A DNA stretch of 64,000 bases, taken from NCBI GenBank assembly GCA_018304385.1, contig JAGVWJ010000014.1, forward strand, positions 13,621 through 77,620, written 5' to 3'. The notes beneath the pieces are model-generated. The model was not told the DNA's origin. It did not search any database and worked only from the letters and a program-made list of their open reading frames with translations. Made by a program: the position numbers and the translations under genes. The first letter of the stretch is position 1. The number at the start of each line of letters is the position of its first letter. Origin of the DNA: Candidatus Micrarchaeota archaeon. Its GTDB lineage: Archaea; Micrarchaeota; Micrarchaeia; Anstonellales; Bilamarchaeaceae. This document shows, piece after piece, positions 54,971 to 63,169 of the stretch.

Positions 54971-56059
54971 ATGATAAAAAATAAATTCATGTTTGTTATA
55001 TGCCTTCTCTTAATCAGCACACTTTTTGCTCCAGAGGGGGGTGGTGATGGTGGTGGATCAGTAAACCTCCCAACCGGATGCGGAGTGCAAAAATGCGAGA
55101 TGCTATCATTAGATTCAGTTTCTGTTATGTGCCCAGAAGGATTGAAGGCTGTTGTCAAAGATTCTAGAGGCATGCCAGTGGAGGGCGCATCTGTTTTTAT
55201 TGGTGGAAGATTTTTAGGATTGCCATCACGAACTACTGATGCCAAAGGAGAGGCTGTATTTGAAAAGGGATTTGTAGCACATCAAAGATATACCATATCT
55301 GCTTCAAAATCAGGAAAACCAGGTTATGATGATCTTTACGGATATCAGGCTGCGCAATCAAAAGATTTTGTTTTTGGTGAAGGAGAGTTCTCATGCGAAA
55401 GTGGCCCCAGCACAGATGGTAAAACTGGGGGTACTGATGGTGGCGGAGGCAGTGACAGTGGCGGAACAGTTAATCCACCTGCCCATTCTGAAGGATATTG
55501 CGAATCAGATAACGCATGTAAAGAAAACGAATTCTGCAAAGATAATCAATGTACAAAAATAAAGGATACGTATGGAGATAGCTGCTCACGCATAGAAAAT
55601 CATAAATTAATCAGAGATGCATGTTGCGATAGTTATGATATAAAAGTAACTGAAAGTGGAAAGGTTGGCGATTTTGTGCCTGTAATAGTAGAGCAGTGCA
55701 GTAAAGTAATACCCGCAAAAGATTTAACAATAACTGATCCAGATGGCTCATTAGCAACTGTAGTGACAAATGAAAATGGTACTGGAATTGTATTAAAAAA
55801 ACCTGGGGAGTATAGTGTTGCTTATAAACAGGCAGAGAGAAAAATAAAAGTAAAGGAAGAAGAGGTAAAGGAAAAACCATTACTTGCTTTCCTTGATGAT
55901 CCACTAATAAAAAATGTACTTATAGTAATTGTAGTTGTGATTATACTGGCTCTTCTCTATCTCAAAATGAGGGGCAAAAAAGAAGAAGTTAAACCTGTTA
56001 AAGAAGAATTGCAACCTGCGCCCTCAAGCTCGCAGTTTTCAACTCTACCGACACAATAA
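54971..56059 (+). CDS. secreted protein with carboxypeptidase-regulatory-like beta-sandwich domains and C-terminal anchor
   Basis: Start at MIKNKFMFVICLLLISTLFA (signal). It has two segments of the VKDSRGMPVEGASVFIGG / ITDPDGSLATVVTNENG type, a Gly-rich linker, and a C-terminal TM followed by a K-rich tail. Confidence 0.55.
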   Translation: MIKNKFMFVICLLLISTLFAPEGGGDGGGSVNLPTGCGVQKCEMLSLDSVSVMCPEGLKAVVKDSRGMPVEGASVFIGGRFLGLPSRTTDAKGEAVFEKGFVAHQRYTISASKSGKPGYDDLYGYQAAQSKDFVFGEGEFSCESGPSTDGKTGGTDGGGGSDSGGTVNPPAHSEGYCESDNACKENEFCKDNQCTKIKDTYGDSCSRIENHKLIRDACCDSYDIKVTESGKVGDFVPVIVEQCSKVIPAKDLTITDPDGSLATVVTNENGTGIVLKKPGEYSVAYKQAERKIKVKEEEVKEKPLLAFLDDPLIKNVLIVIVVVIILALLYLKMRGKKEEVKPVKEELQPAPSSSQFSTLPTQ

Positions 56060-56311
56060 CTATTTTTTCTTAGATTTAAAAATTAGAAAAATATTAATTA
56101 GAGGAATTATCGTAGCGCCAGCGTTTAATATCATAAAAACTAAATCGTTTAGGATCCAGCTATGGATAAAAAGCAAGAGACTCCCTGCTCCATATAATAA
56201 CGAAAATCCTAAAGGAATATGTGGTTTGCCTGCTTTTATTGCCCGTACTAGTTCGTAAATCCAGCCAATTAAAATCAATATTAAACCTGCAAGACCGTAT
56301 ATATCGCTCAT
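56060..56311 (-). CDS. small 3-TM membrane protein, paralog A
   Basis: 83 aa, similar in layout and sequence to 56314..56571 (GL..L.LI.WI.E....I......P..F..L.G.GSL.L). Confidence 0.5.
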   Translation of the reverse strand: MSDIYGLAGLILILIGWIYELVRAIKAGKPHIPLGFSLLYGAGSLLLFIHSWILNDLVFMILNAGATIIPLINIFLIFKSKKK

Positions 56312-56313
56312 AT

Positions 56314-56571
56314 CTATCTCTTTTTTCCTTTTTGCATTAAAAATAATAATTGGACAATAACTAATAAGGTAATAGAACTCATTAATAGAGTATAAGTGTT
56401 ATCCCCTAGTGACATAAGATTTTCAATAGCAAGAAATAGGCTACCTAACCCAGATAGAATAATAAAATAAATAGGTAATCTGCTCTGCCTTGTTCTAATA
56501 CTTTCTATAGTTTCAATTATCCAAGCAATAAGCAAAACTAACAAACCAAATAAACCAATCTGATTAAGCAT
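56314..56571 (-). CDS. small 3-TM membrane protein, paralog B
   Basis: 85 aa, in tandem with paralog A, 4 nt downstream of E1beta. Confidence 0.5.
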   Translation of the reverse strand: MLNQIGLFGLLVLLIAWIIETIESIRTRQSRLPIYFIILSGLGSLFLAIENLMSLGDNTYTLLMSSITLLVIVQLLFLMQKGKKR

Positions 56572-56575
56572 AGCC

Positions 56576-57553
56576 TCAGAAGCCCATAACGTAATTTACT
56601 GCATTAATTATTTTTTCTGCATTTGGGAAATGAAAATCTTCTAGCTTTGGCAATGGAGTAACCACATCATATGCAGTAACACGCTTAACTGGCGCCTTGA
56701 GGTCAAGCAATGCTTTTTCATTTATTCTTGCGCTGATTTCTGCGCCAATGCCCAAATTGCGTGGCGCTTCATGCACTACTACGCAACGACCTGTTTTTCT
56801 AACTGAAGAAATTATTGTTTCTGTATCTATTGGCGAAACTGTTCGCAGATCTACTATTTCGCAAGAGATATTTTTCTCTTTTAAAAGCTCTGCTGCTTCC
56901 ATGCTTACGCGAACCATTGCACCATACGTTATAATAGTTACATCATGACCTTCTTGCACTATTTTTGCCTGGCCAAATGGAATAGTATATCTTTCTTCTG
57001 GGACTTCTTCTTTGAATGCGCGATAAATACGCTTTGGCTCGAAGAATATTACTGGGTCTTCTGCTTGCAATGCATTTGATAATAATCCCTTAGCATCGTA
57101 TGGGCTAGAAGGAATAACAACTGTTAAGCCAGGTACATGCGCATAAAGCGTTTCTGGTGCCTCGCTATGGTGCTCTAAAGCACGTACACCTCCACCATAA
57201 GGTGATCTTAAAACTATTGGGCATTTGTATGAACCGTGCGATCGCGTGCGAATGCGTGCAATATGAGAAACAATCTGTTCATATGCTGGAAATATGAATC
57301 CTTCAAATTGAATCTCTGTAACTGGTTTTAATCCGTAAATAGCCATACCAATTGCTGCTCCAATAATTCCGCTTTCTGCTAAAGGAGTGTCAATAACGCG
57401 CTGCTCACCGAATTTTTTGATTAAACCTTCGGTAACGCGGAACACTCCGCCATCTACGCCTACGTCCTCGCCCATTACTACTATTTTATCGTTTAGTTCC
57501 ATTTCCTGGAAGAGCGTTGCATTAATTGCTTCAACTAAATTCATTTTTGGCAT
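56576..57553 (-). CDS. 2-oxoacid dehydrogenase E1 component beta subunit
   Basis: Transketolase-like pyrimidine-binding and C-terminal domains (VMGEDVGVDGGVFRVT, DTPLAESGI). 325 aa. Confidence 0.95.
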   Translation of the reverse strand: MPKMNLVEAINATLFQEMELNDKIVVMGEDVGVDGGVFRVTEGLIKKFGEQRVIDTPLAESGIIGAAIGMAIYGLKPVTEIQFEGFIFPAYEQIVSHIARIRTRSHGSYKCPIVLRSPYGGGVRALEHHSEAPETLYAHVPGLTVVIPSSPYDAKGLLSNALQAEDPVIFFEPKRIYRAFKEEVPEERYTIPFGQAKIVQEGHDVTIITYGAMVRVSMEAAELLKEKNISCEIVDLRTVSPIDTETIISSVRKTGRCVVVHEAPRNLGIGAEISARINEKALLDLKAPVKRVTAYDVVTPLPKLEDFHFPNAEKIINAVNYVMGF

Positions 57554-57588
57554 AAAATCAACCTATTATTTGACTCAAAACTTAGGGT

Positions 57589-57609
57589 CCATTGCCCACT
57601 GCTCATGAC
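57589..57609 (-). repeat. heptamer array, 3 units, spanning the E1alpha stop, between E1alpha and E1beta
   Basis: Minus strand: gtcatga gcagtgg gcaatgg. The TGA of the first unit is the E1alpha stop codon. Confidence 0.65.
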
Positions 57610-58682
57610 TTATTTTTCAAATATTCCATCAATTCATTCATCTGCTCAACCAGATGCGGTGGCATTTTCGAATAGGTATACATAAAAACATCTTCAGGAT
57701 TATCTAATTTCATTGACTCTGCCTCTTCTATTGCTTTTTCTATTTCGCTAGTCGCACGTTCAACAGTTTTCTTTTCTAAATCCTCATTCCAATAACCATT
57801 GCGCTCTAGATAAATCCTAAATCGTTTTACTGGATCGCGTTCCTTCCATTGCTCAACCTCGGCAGAATCTCTATATTTTGTCCAATCATCTGCCGTAGTA
57901 TGATGACTCATTCTATAAGTTAATGCCTCTATTAGTGTTGGGCCTTCACCTCGATGCGCTTTATCAATTGCTTCTTTTGTTGCCCTATACACCGCAAGAA
58001 CATCATTACCATCAACCTGCACACCTTCAAAGCCATATGCGAGCGCTTTTTGCGCAATTGTTTTGGCAGCAGTTTGTTTTTTACGCGGAACGCTTATCGC
58101 CCATTGATTATTCTGATTAAGAAAAACAGTTGGAGTTTTAAAAACGCCAGCAAAATTCATTGCCTCGTGAAAATCTCCTTCGCTTGTTGCTCCATCTCCA
58201 AAGTAAACCATGGTTGCAACTTTATGATTAAGAATTTTTGCAGCCCATGCTGCACCAACTGCATGCAATGTTTGTGTTGCAATAGGAATTGAAACTAAAA
58301 AATTATGCTTGCCTTCTGGTATCTTCATGCCAAGTTCGCTGCCCATTAAATATACAAACATCCATTTCATTTCTGTGCCACGCCATAAATAACCGCCATG
58401 CTCCCTATAGCTTGGGAAAAACCAGTCTTCTTCGTTTAGTGCTGCTATGCTGCCTATTTGCGCTGCTTCCTGACCAAGGCATGGTGGATAAGTATAAATC
58501 CTTCCTTGCCTTTGTAATTTAAGTGCCTTATCATCAAACATGCGCGTAACAACCATTGTTATATACATTCTCAGAAGTAGATCCTTTGGTAGTTTTGGGT
58601 CTAGCTTTTCATCAGCATTTCCATCTTTATCTATTACTTGTATATATTTTACTTTACCTTCAAAGACTGTTTCAATTGGCAT
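57603..58682 (-). CDS. 2-oxoacid dehydrogenase E1 component alpha subunit
   Basis: TPP motif YFGDGATSEGDFHEAMNFA. ATG at 58682 (MPIETVFEG), with GAAGGTG 8 nt upstream, is preferred over the TTG at 58697. Confidence 0.92.
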   Translation of the reverse strand: MPIETVFEGKVKYIQVIDKDGNADEKLDPKLPKDLLLRMYITMVVTRMFDDKALKLQRQGRIYTYPPCLGQEAAQIGSIAALNEEDWFFPSYREHGGYLWRGTEMKWMFVYLMGSELGMKIPEGKHNFLVSIPIATQTLHAVGAAWAAKILNHKVATMVYFGDGATSEGDFHEAMNFAGVFKTPTVFLNQNNQWAISVPRKKQTAAKTIAQKALAYGFEGVQVDGNDVLAVYRATKEAIDKAHRGEGPTLIEALTYRMSHHTTADDWTKYRDSAEVEQWKERDPVKRFRIYLERNGYWNEDLEKKTVERATSEIEKAIEEAESMKLDNPEDVFMYTYSKMPPHLVEQMNELMEYLKNKS

Positions 58683-58769
58683 GAGGAACACCTTCAACTG
58701 GAAATAAACTCACCATATATCAAAGAAAAATATTTAAATAGTTTCGTAATGCGGTTCGCGGATTGACGA

Positions 58770-59513
58770 TTACTCCAAATAAACCACAACCCATAAAATA
58801 AACATTATACCTATGACCATAGATATAAGTTGGATTACTGATTTTTTAATGTTTAATTCTTTCTGCAACTCAGGCATTAAGTCTGCAGCTGCAATGTATA
58901 TGAACATGCCTGCCGTAAATGCTAGGCCTAATGCTTCTAGATTTTCAATAAATGAAGATGAATAAAAGAAAATAAGCGCTCCTAAAACAGCAAGTAACGC
59001 ACTTGCTAAATTAAAAAGTAATGCCTTCTTCTTTGTGAATCCACTATAGATAAGAAGGCTAAAATCTCCGATTTCTTGTGGAATCTCGTGAGCAATTATT
59101 GCTATTGTAGTCGTCACACCTAACCCAGGATTAGCCATAAAACTAGCTGCAATCGCTGCACCGTCAAAGAAATTATGTATCCCGTCTCCGATAAGATTTA
59201 GGTATGCAAATGGTTTTTCTTTTTCTTCATGCGAGCTATGGTGATGATGATGCCAATATATAAATTTCTCAACAATGAAAAAAATAATTAGACCAAAAAG
59301 CACTGTAAATAAAGCATTATGCGCATCAGTTTTCTCAAGTGCCTCTGGGATTAGATCCAGAAACGCGCTGCCAAAAAGCGTTCCTGTTGCAAAGCTCATT
59401 AAAACAAACAGAAACGCATGCATTGTTCTATGTTTTAGAGATAGTACAAACACACCTACTAATGAGACCAAGCTAACTAATAACGTTGAGAGTATTATTT
59501 GTTCTAAGACCAT
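58770..59513 (-). CDS. ZIP-family divalent metal transporter
   Basis: HEIPQEIGDF motif, a His-rich loop (HHHHHSSHEE) and 8 TM segments. Confidence 0.9.
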   Translation of the reverse strand: MVLEQIILSTLLVSLVSLVGVFVLSLKHRTMHAFLFVLMSFATGTLFGSAFLDLIPEALEKTDAHNALFTVLFGLIIFFIVEKFIYWHHHHHSSHEEKEKPFAYLNLIGDGIHNFFDGAAIAASFMANPGLGVTTTIAIIAHEIPQEIGDFSLLIYSGFTKKKALLFNLASALLAVLGALIFFYSSSFIENLEALGLAFTAGMFIYIAAADLMPELQKELNIKKSVIQLISMVIGIMFILWVVVYLE

Positions 59514-59553
59514 ATCATTCTATGGTATGTATGTGGGATTATTTTTAAATTTA

Positions 59554-59589
59554 GTCATGAGCTCATACCCAAGGCTTATAGCCCAAGGT
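59554..59589. repeat. mixed-orientation heptamer units between the ZIP and patatin genes
   Basis: gtcatga gctcata, then the reverse-type units ccaaggc ttatagc ccaaggt. Confidence 0.5.
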
Positions 59590-59649
59590 CAACCACATGT
59601 ATCCCTTTATGGCATCATATTTAAAACATTTTTATACATAAATTATAGC

Positions 59650-61266
59650 ATGCCGCCTATAGAAGCAAGCGCTCCTAGGAGAAGAATGCCTGTGATTGAC
59701 CCAGAGAAAAGAGCACGAATCTTCCAAAGGATGCATGAGATAAGAGCAGACATAATAGAAAAATACCATAAAGACGTTATAATATTTGATTTAGCCAGAG
59801 AAATAGCAAGCGGGGATAGAACGGACATATTGAGAATATTAAGAAATGATATATTTGTAAAAAATGAACTTTACAATGATGACGGAAGATTAAGTAAGCA
59901 CTCTACTCTTTTACTCAAACATCTAAGAGAGCTTTATGTTGATGGTATATCACAAATAAGAAAAGCAGGTTTTGCAGAAATTGATAAGTATACTAAAAAG
60001 AGGAGAGAGTTAGAAGATTATTTAGAAACAATCAAAGATAGTTGTCCGCATACTTACAAATTAGTAAATGCTGCCTTAAACGTCTTACGAGAGGTTATGA
60101 CTGGGAAAACAAGAACACATGCATATGCATCCAATGTTGCATGGATTGGTGAGCAGATTGAGGAAGAACAAAAACCTGCAAAGATAGTACTTGCGCTATC
60201 AGGTGGGGCTGCAAAAGGAGTATTTTATGTTGGTTTCTTGAGAGCATTACAAGAAGCTGAAATATGGCCAGATTTTGTTGTTGGTACTTCAGCTGGTGCA
60301 TTGGCTGCTGCTGCACTTGCAACAGGAAACGGATATGAAAAAATAACAGAAGCATTCTCGCGAAATAAACTTAAAAAGATCTTTGGTTTTCTTTCAGTCC
60401 CATTTACCTTTATCTCCACTCTAGGTGGTGCGGTAATTGGGAAAAACTTTGGAAAACATCTAAAGAAAGTACTAGGCAACATAAGATTTTCAGATATAGC
60501 CGATGTATTTGTTATAGCTTCTGTCCAGCAACCAGTTAGCTTTGGAAAGACAGTTATTGGCAGGGCAAGTGAATTAAATAGAGGTTTGGAGTTAAGTAGT
60601 AATTTAGAGGTCTGGAAGGCAGTATGGGGATCCTGTGCAATGCAAGGCATTATCCCGCATCCAATCACTGGCCCATTCAGGGCAGAGCGATTAGCTGAGG
60701 GGGAATTTGATGTTGAACGGTATAGTATGTCACTCCCTTATGCAACGCTTGACGATGGCGGCGTTGTGGAAAACCTGCCACTATCAACTGCAGAACTAAT
60801 TTTAAGAGAGATTAAAGAACATGGATTAATAATATCTGTAAATCTCGCAGATCTAAATCCAACTGGAAAAACAGTTTCAGAATACTTAACAGTAAGACAA
60901 GCCATTATGGCTGAGGTAAAAAAACTCGAGGATAATGCAAAATGGTACAAAAGGCCAATTGCATTTTTCAAGGGTTTTTGGGCGTACATTAAAGAAGACT
61001 TAAAGAGATTTTATTATACAAGGGCGCCGTTAAGAGTATATATGGGATATGACGCAACTTTGTATCAAAGTGTTATCCATACAATGAGTTCAGCAAGAGG
61101 CACAGGTTTGAAAATTCTCCTTAACCCGAATGCAGATGGAAGTCTAAGTGATGGTGGGGTATTATCTTTTTCTGGAACTAATGAAATAATAAGAAGAGGA
61201 TATCAAGCTGGAAAAGAACTAGTAGATATATTAGTAAGAGATCAGTCTATTACTAAGATAGATTGA
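59650..61266 (+). CDS. patatin-like phospholipase with N-terminal helical extension
   Basis: The long ORF is antisense to the ZIP gene upstream of 59513, so the start was trimmed to ATG 59650 (59686 is also possible). It has the oxyanion LSGGAAKGVFYVG, the nucleophile GTSAGA (GxSxG) and the catalytic Asp in LDDGGVVENLP. Confidence 0.78.
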   Translation: MPPIEASAPRRRMPVIDPEKRARIFQRMHEIRADIIEKYHKDVIIFDLAREIASGDRTDILRILRNDIFVKNELYNDDGRLSKHSTLLLKHLRELYVDGISQIRKAGFAEIDKYTKKRRELEDYLETIKDSCPHTYKLVNAALNVLREVMTGKTRTHAYASNVAWIGEQIEEEQKPAKIVLALSGGAAKGVFYVGFLRALQEAEIWPDFVVGTSAGALAAAALATGNGYEKITEAFSRNKLKKIFGFLSVPFTFISTLGGAVIGKNFGKHLKKVLGNIRFSDIADVFVIASVQQPVSFGKTVIGRASELNRGLELSSNLEVWKAVWGSCAMQGIIPHPITGPFRAERLAEGEFDVERYSMSLPYATLDDGGVVENLPLSTAELILREIKEHGLIISVNLADLNPTGKTVSEYLTVRQAIMAEVKKLEDNAKWYKRPIAFFKGFWAYIKEDLKRFYYTRAPLRVYMGYDATLYQSVIHTMSSARGTGLKILLNPNADGSLSDGGVLSFSGTNEIIRRGYQAGKELVDILVRDQSITKID

Positions 61267-61680
61267 ATAAGCAAGCAAGGCAATTGCTACTATGCGAATT
61301 ATGCTAAAATATGGATACAGCGAAGCTAGGCTAACTGTTGCACCAAATATTGCGAATGGCAATAGCGGGCAGAATGGACAAACAATTGTCAGTACACCTA
61401 AGAACGTACCGCCATAAGAACACTTGAATACATTGCCCTCTTTTTTCTTATCATCAGCATATCGCGCGAGTGTTAATGCTATTGCTGCAAGCAGGGATAA
61501 TGAAATCGCAAATGCAATATCTATAATAGTAACCTGCTCCATTCTAACAGAATATATATTAAGTATCGGCAATGGATAAAGTCCTAAGGAAAAACCTGAT
61601 AGAAATAAAAATAGAGCGCCAATAAGAATGGCATTGTATAAATATTTTTTATAAGTAAAAACTTGGATTAGTTTATTCAT
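61231..61680 (-). CDS. hypothetical membrane protein with CPFCP motif
   Basis: 149 aa with 4 TM segments and VCPFCPLLPF in a TM. Its 3' end overlaps the patatin gene by 36 nt. Confidence 0.45.
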   Translation of the reverse strand: MNKLIQVFTYKKYLYNAILIGALFLFLSGFSLGLYPLPILNIYSVRMEQVTIIDIAFAISLSLLAAIALTLARYADDKKKEGNVFKCSYGGTFLGVLTIVCPFCPLLPFAIFGATVSLASLYPYFSIIRIVAIALLAYSIYLSNRLISY

Positions 61681-61710
61681 AAAAATTAAACGATGGTAAA
61701 ACTTTAATTA

Positions 61711-62859
61711 CTATTCCAAACCCTTATTAAGAATAGACCATGCAAGCAATGCATATACCGCAAATGAAGCAACAAGTGCTAAAAATACACTATGAAAACC
61801 AAAACTTGTTATTGCAAAACCAACTGCTGCGAGCGTTGCGAATTCTACTAGTCTATAAGGAATAATCAAAATAGATATATCAATTGAAGGCGTAACACTG
61901 CTTTTAACGATCCTTGCCATAATTGTTTCCATAATATTAACCAAACCTAATCCGCCTCCTATGCCGGATAAAAACAGGAACAATAAAAAAACATGCTCAA
62001 CATTCTGAATAAATAAAATAGGCAAAACACCGAAAAATATTGCACCAAGAACAATATTTTTTATATGCATACTGTGTTTCGCAGCAATATAGCTGGAAAG
62101 TGAAAAGGATAAAGAATAAAGTGCAAGTCCGAAGCCTATTATCGCAGGCGATGATTTCAAAACTTCTGCCATGTATAGTGGGATAACAATTGCAAGAAGC
62201 GGGGCTTCATAAATCGCAGCGATACTTAGAACTAGAGCTGCGGCCCAAAATTCCTTACTGTGCTTTTTCTTTAACTCTATCATAAATGCAGATAATTTTA
62301 ATTTCTTTTGTTCCTTTCCGTTTCTTACATTTAGAGAAAAATAAAATAATAAGGAACTAACTAAAACCAGCAGAAGAAAACTACTTTGAATCGATATAAA
62401 AATTAAGGCAATTGCTATAGCTACCCTTCCAAAAACTGTACTAAACGCTCTGGCAGCTCCCATTATTGATGCATTTTTCGCTGCCTGCTTCTCTTCTATA
62501 TGATATATCTCTGTTCTGTTTACTGACCAAAATGCTGCGGCGCGAAATCCTTCAACAACTTTACCAAATGCAAAGTGCAAAGGTGTTGATGATAAAGTAT
62601 AAACAACCAGAGTTAAAACATGCGCAATCGCGTTCCCAACAAAAATTAATCGCGTTCCAAGATAATCTGCGATAACTGCAAATATAAACCTAAAAATTAG
62701 CATTATTATTGAGAGAACGGAAAAAATTAATCCTATGCTTTCAATAGATACATTTTTCTCTAGTAAGTATAGTGGCAAAAGCACTGCAACAGCTGAAGCT
62801 ATGAAATTATGGATAAAGTTTATTGCTAAGGTTCTGAAAAACCCATTTTCCAGTGACAT
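61711..62859 (-). CDS. MFS-type transporter
   Basis: About 12 TM segments and an MFS-like loop (ADYLGTRL). ATG 62859 is preferred over the TTG at 62883. Confidence 0.72.
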   Translation of the reverse strand: MSLENGFFRTLAINFIHNFIASAVAVLLPLYLLEKNVSIESIGLIFSVLSIIMLIFRFIFAVIADYLGTRLIFVGNAIAHVLTLVVYTLSSTPLHFAFGKVVEGFRAAAFWSVNRTEIYHIEEKQAAKNASIMGAARAFSTVFGRVAIAIALIFISIQSSFLLLVLVSSLLFYFSLNVRNGKEQKKLKLSAFMIELKKKHSKEFWAAALVLSIAAIYEAPLLAIVIPLYMAEVLKSSPAIIGFGLALYSLSFSLSSYIAAKHSMHIKNIVLGAIFFGVLPILFIQNVEHVFLLFLFLSGIGGGLGLVNIMETIMARIVKSSVTPSIDISILIIPYRLVEFATLAAVGFAITSFGFHSVFLALVASFAVYALLAWSILNKGLE

Positions 62860-62899
62860 ATGAATATTTAAAATAGGTAACAATAAAAAATATAAATAG

Positions 62900-63079
62900 G
62901 CTCCTGTAATCTAGCCCGGTCAAAAGAGTTTACAGTCTCGAGTCTCGAGTCTTGAACTATTTACTGATAGGATGTCAGACTCTCACTCTGAATACCCGAG
63001 TTCAAATTCAAACTTTTAGGTAAAAGTTTGATCAAAACTGCTTCGTTAATAGAAGCTTATGGAAATCTCGGCAGGAGCG
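62900..63079 (+). tRNA. tRNA-Glu(CUC) with two non-canonical introns (D-loop about 46 nt, T-loop about 59 nt)
   Basis: Hand fold. Acceptor GCTCCTG (62900-06) is perfectly complementary to CAGGAGC (63072-78), followed by discriminator G. D-stem ATCT (62909-12) pairs with GGAT (62970-73). The D-loop AGCCCGGTCAA differs by 1 nt from the canonical archaeal tRNA-Glu D-loop as I recall it. The anticodon arm is TCAGA-CTCTCAC-TCTGA (CTC at 62982-84). T-stem CCGAG (62996-63000) pairs with CTCGG (63067-71), with TTCAAAT at 63001-07. The exons sum to 75 nt. Intervening blocks are about 62924-62969 and about 63008-63066, and the exact junctions are ambiguous by a few nt. Confidence 0.65.
62928..62955 (+). 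repeat. heptamer array, GT type, 4 units, inside tRNA-Glu intron 1
   Basis: gtttaca gtctcga gtctcga gtcttga. Confidence 0.75.
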
Positions 63080-63169
63080 CTTTCTTCTATTCCAGTAACT
63101 GGAATGAAATTGACTAAAATCATTCCACCAACTGGAACGTTTAAAAATCCTTCTATTCTATAACTACTT

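Noticed and set aside
54892-55245. 117-aa minus-strand ORF crossing the IS right end.
   Set aside because: It is antisense to the signal-peptide-bearing secreted-protein gene and runs across the IS terminal repeat. Its Pro/Ser-rich translation reflects the antisense of a Gly-rich linker.
62996-63007. Isolated T-arm-like CCGAG-TTCAAAT as a tRNA fragment or split-tRNA half.
   Set aside because: This was resolved instead as part of an intron-containing tRNA-Glu, because the matching 3' T-stem and a perfect acceptor partner lie 59 nt downstream on the same strand.
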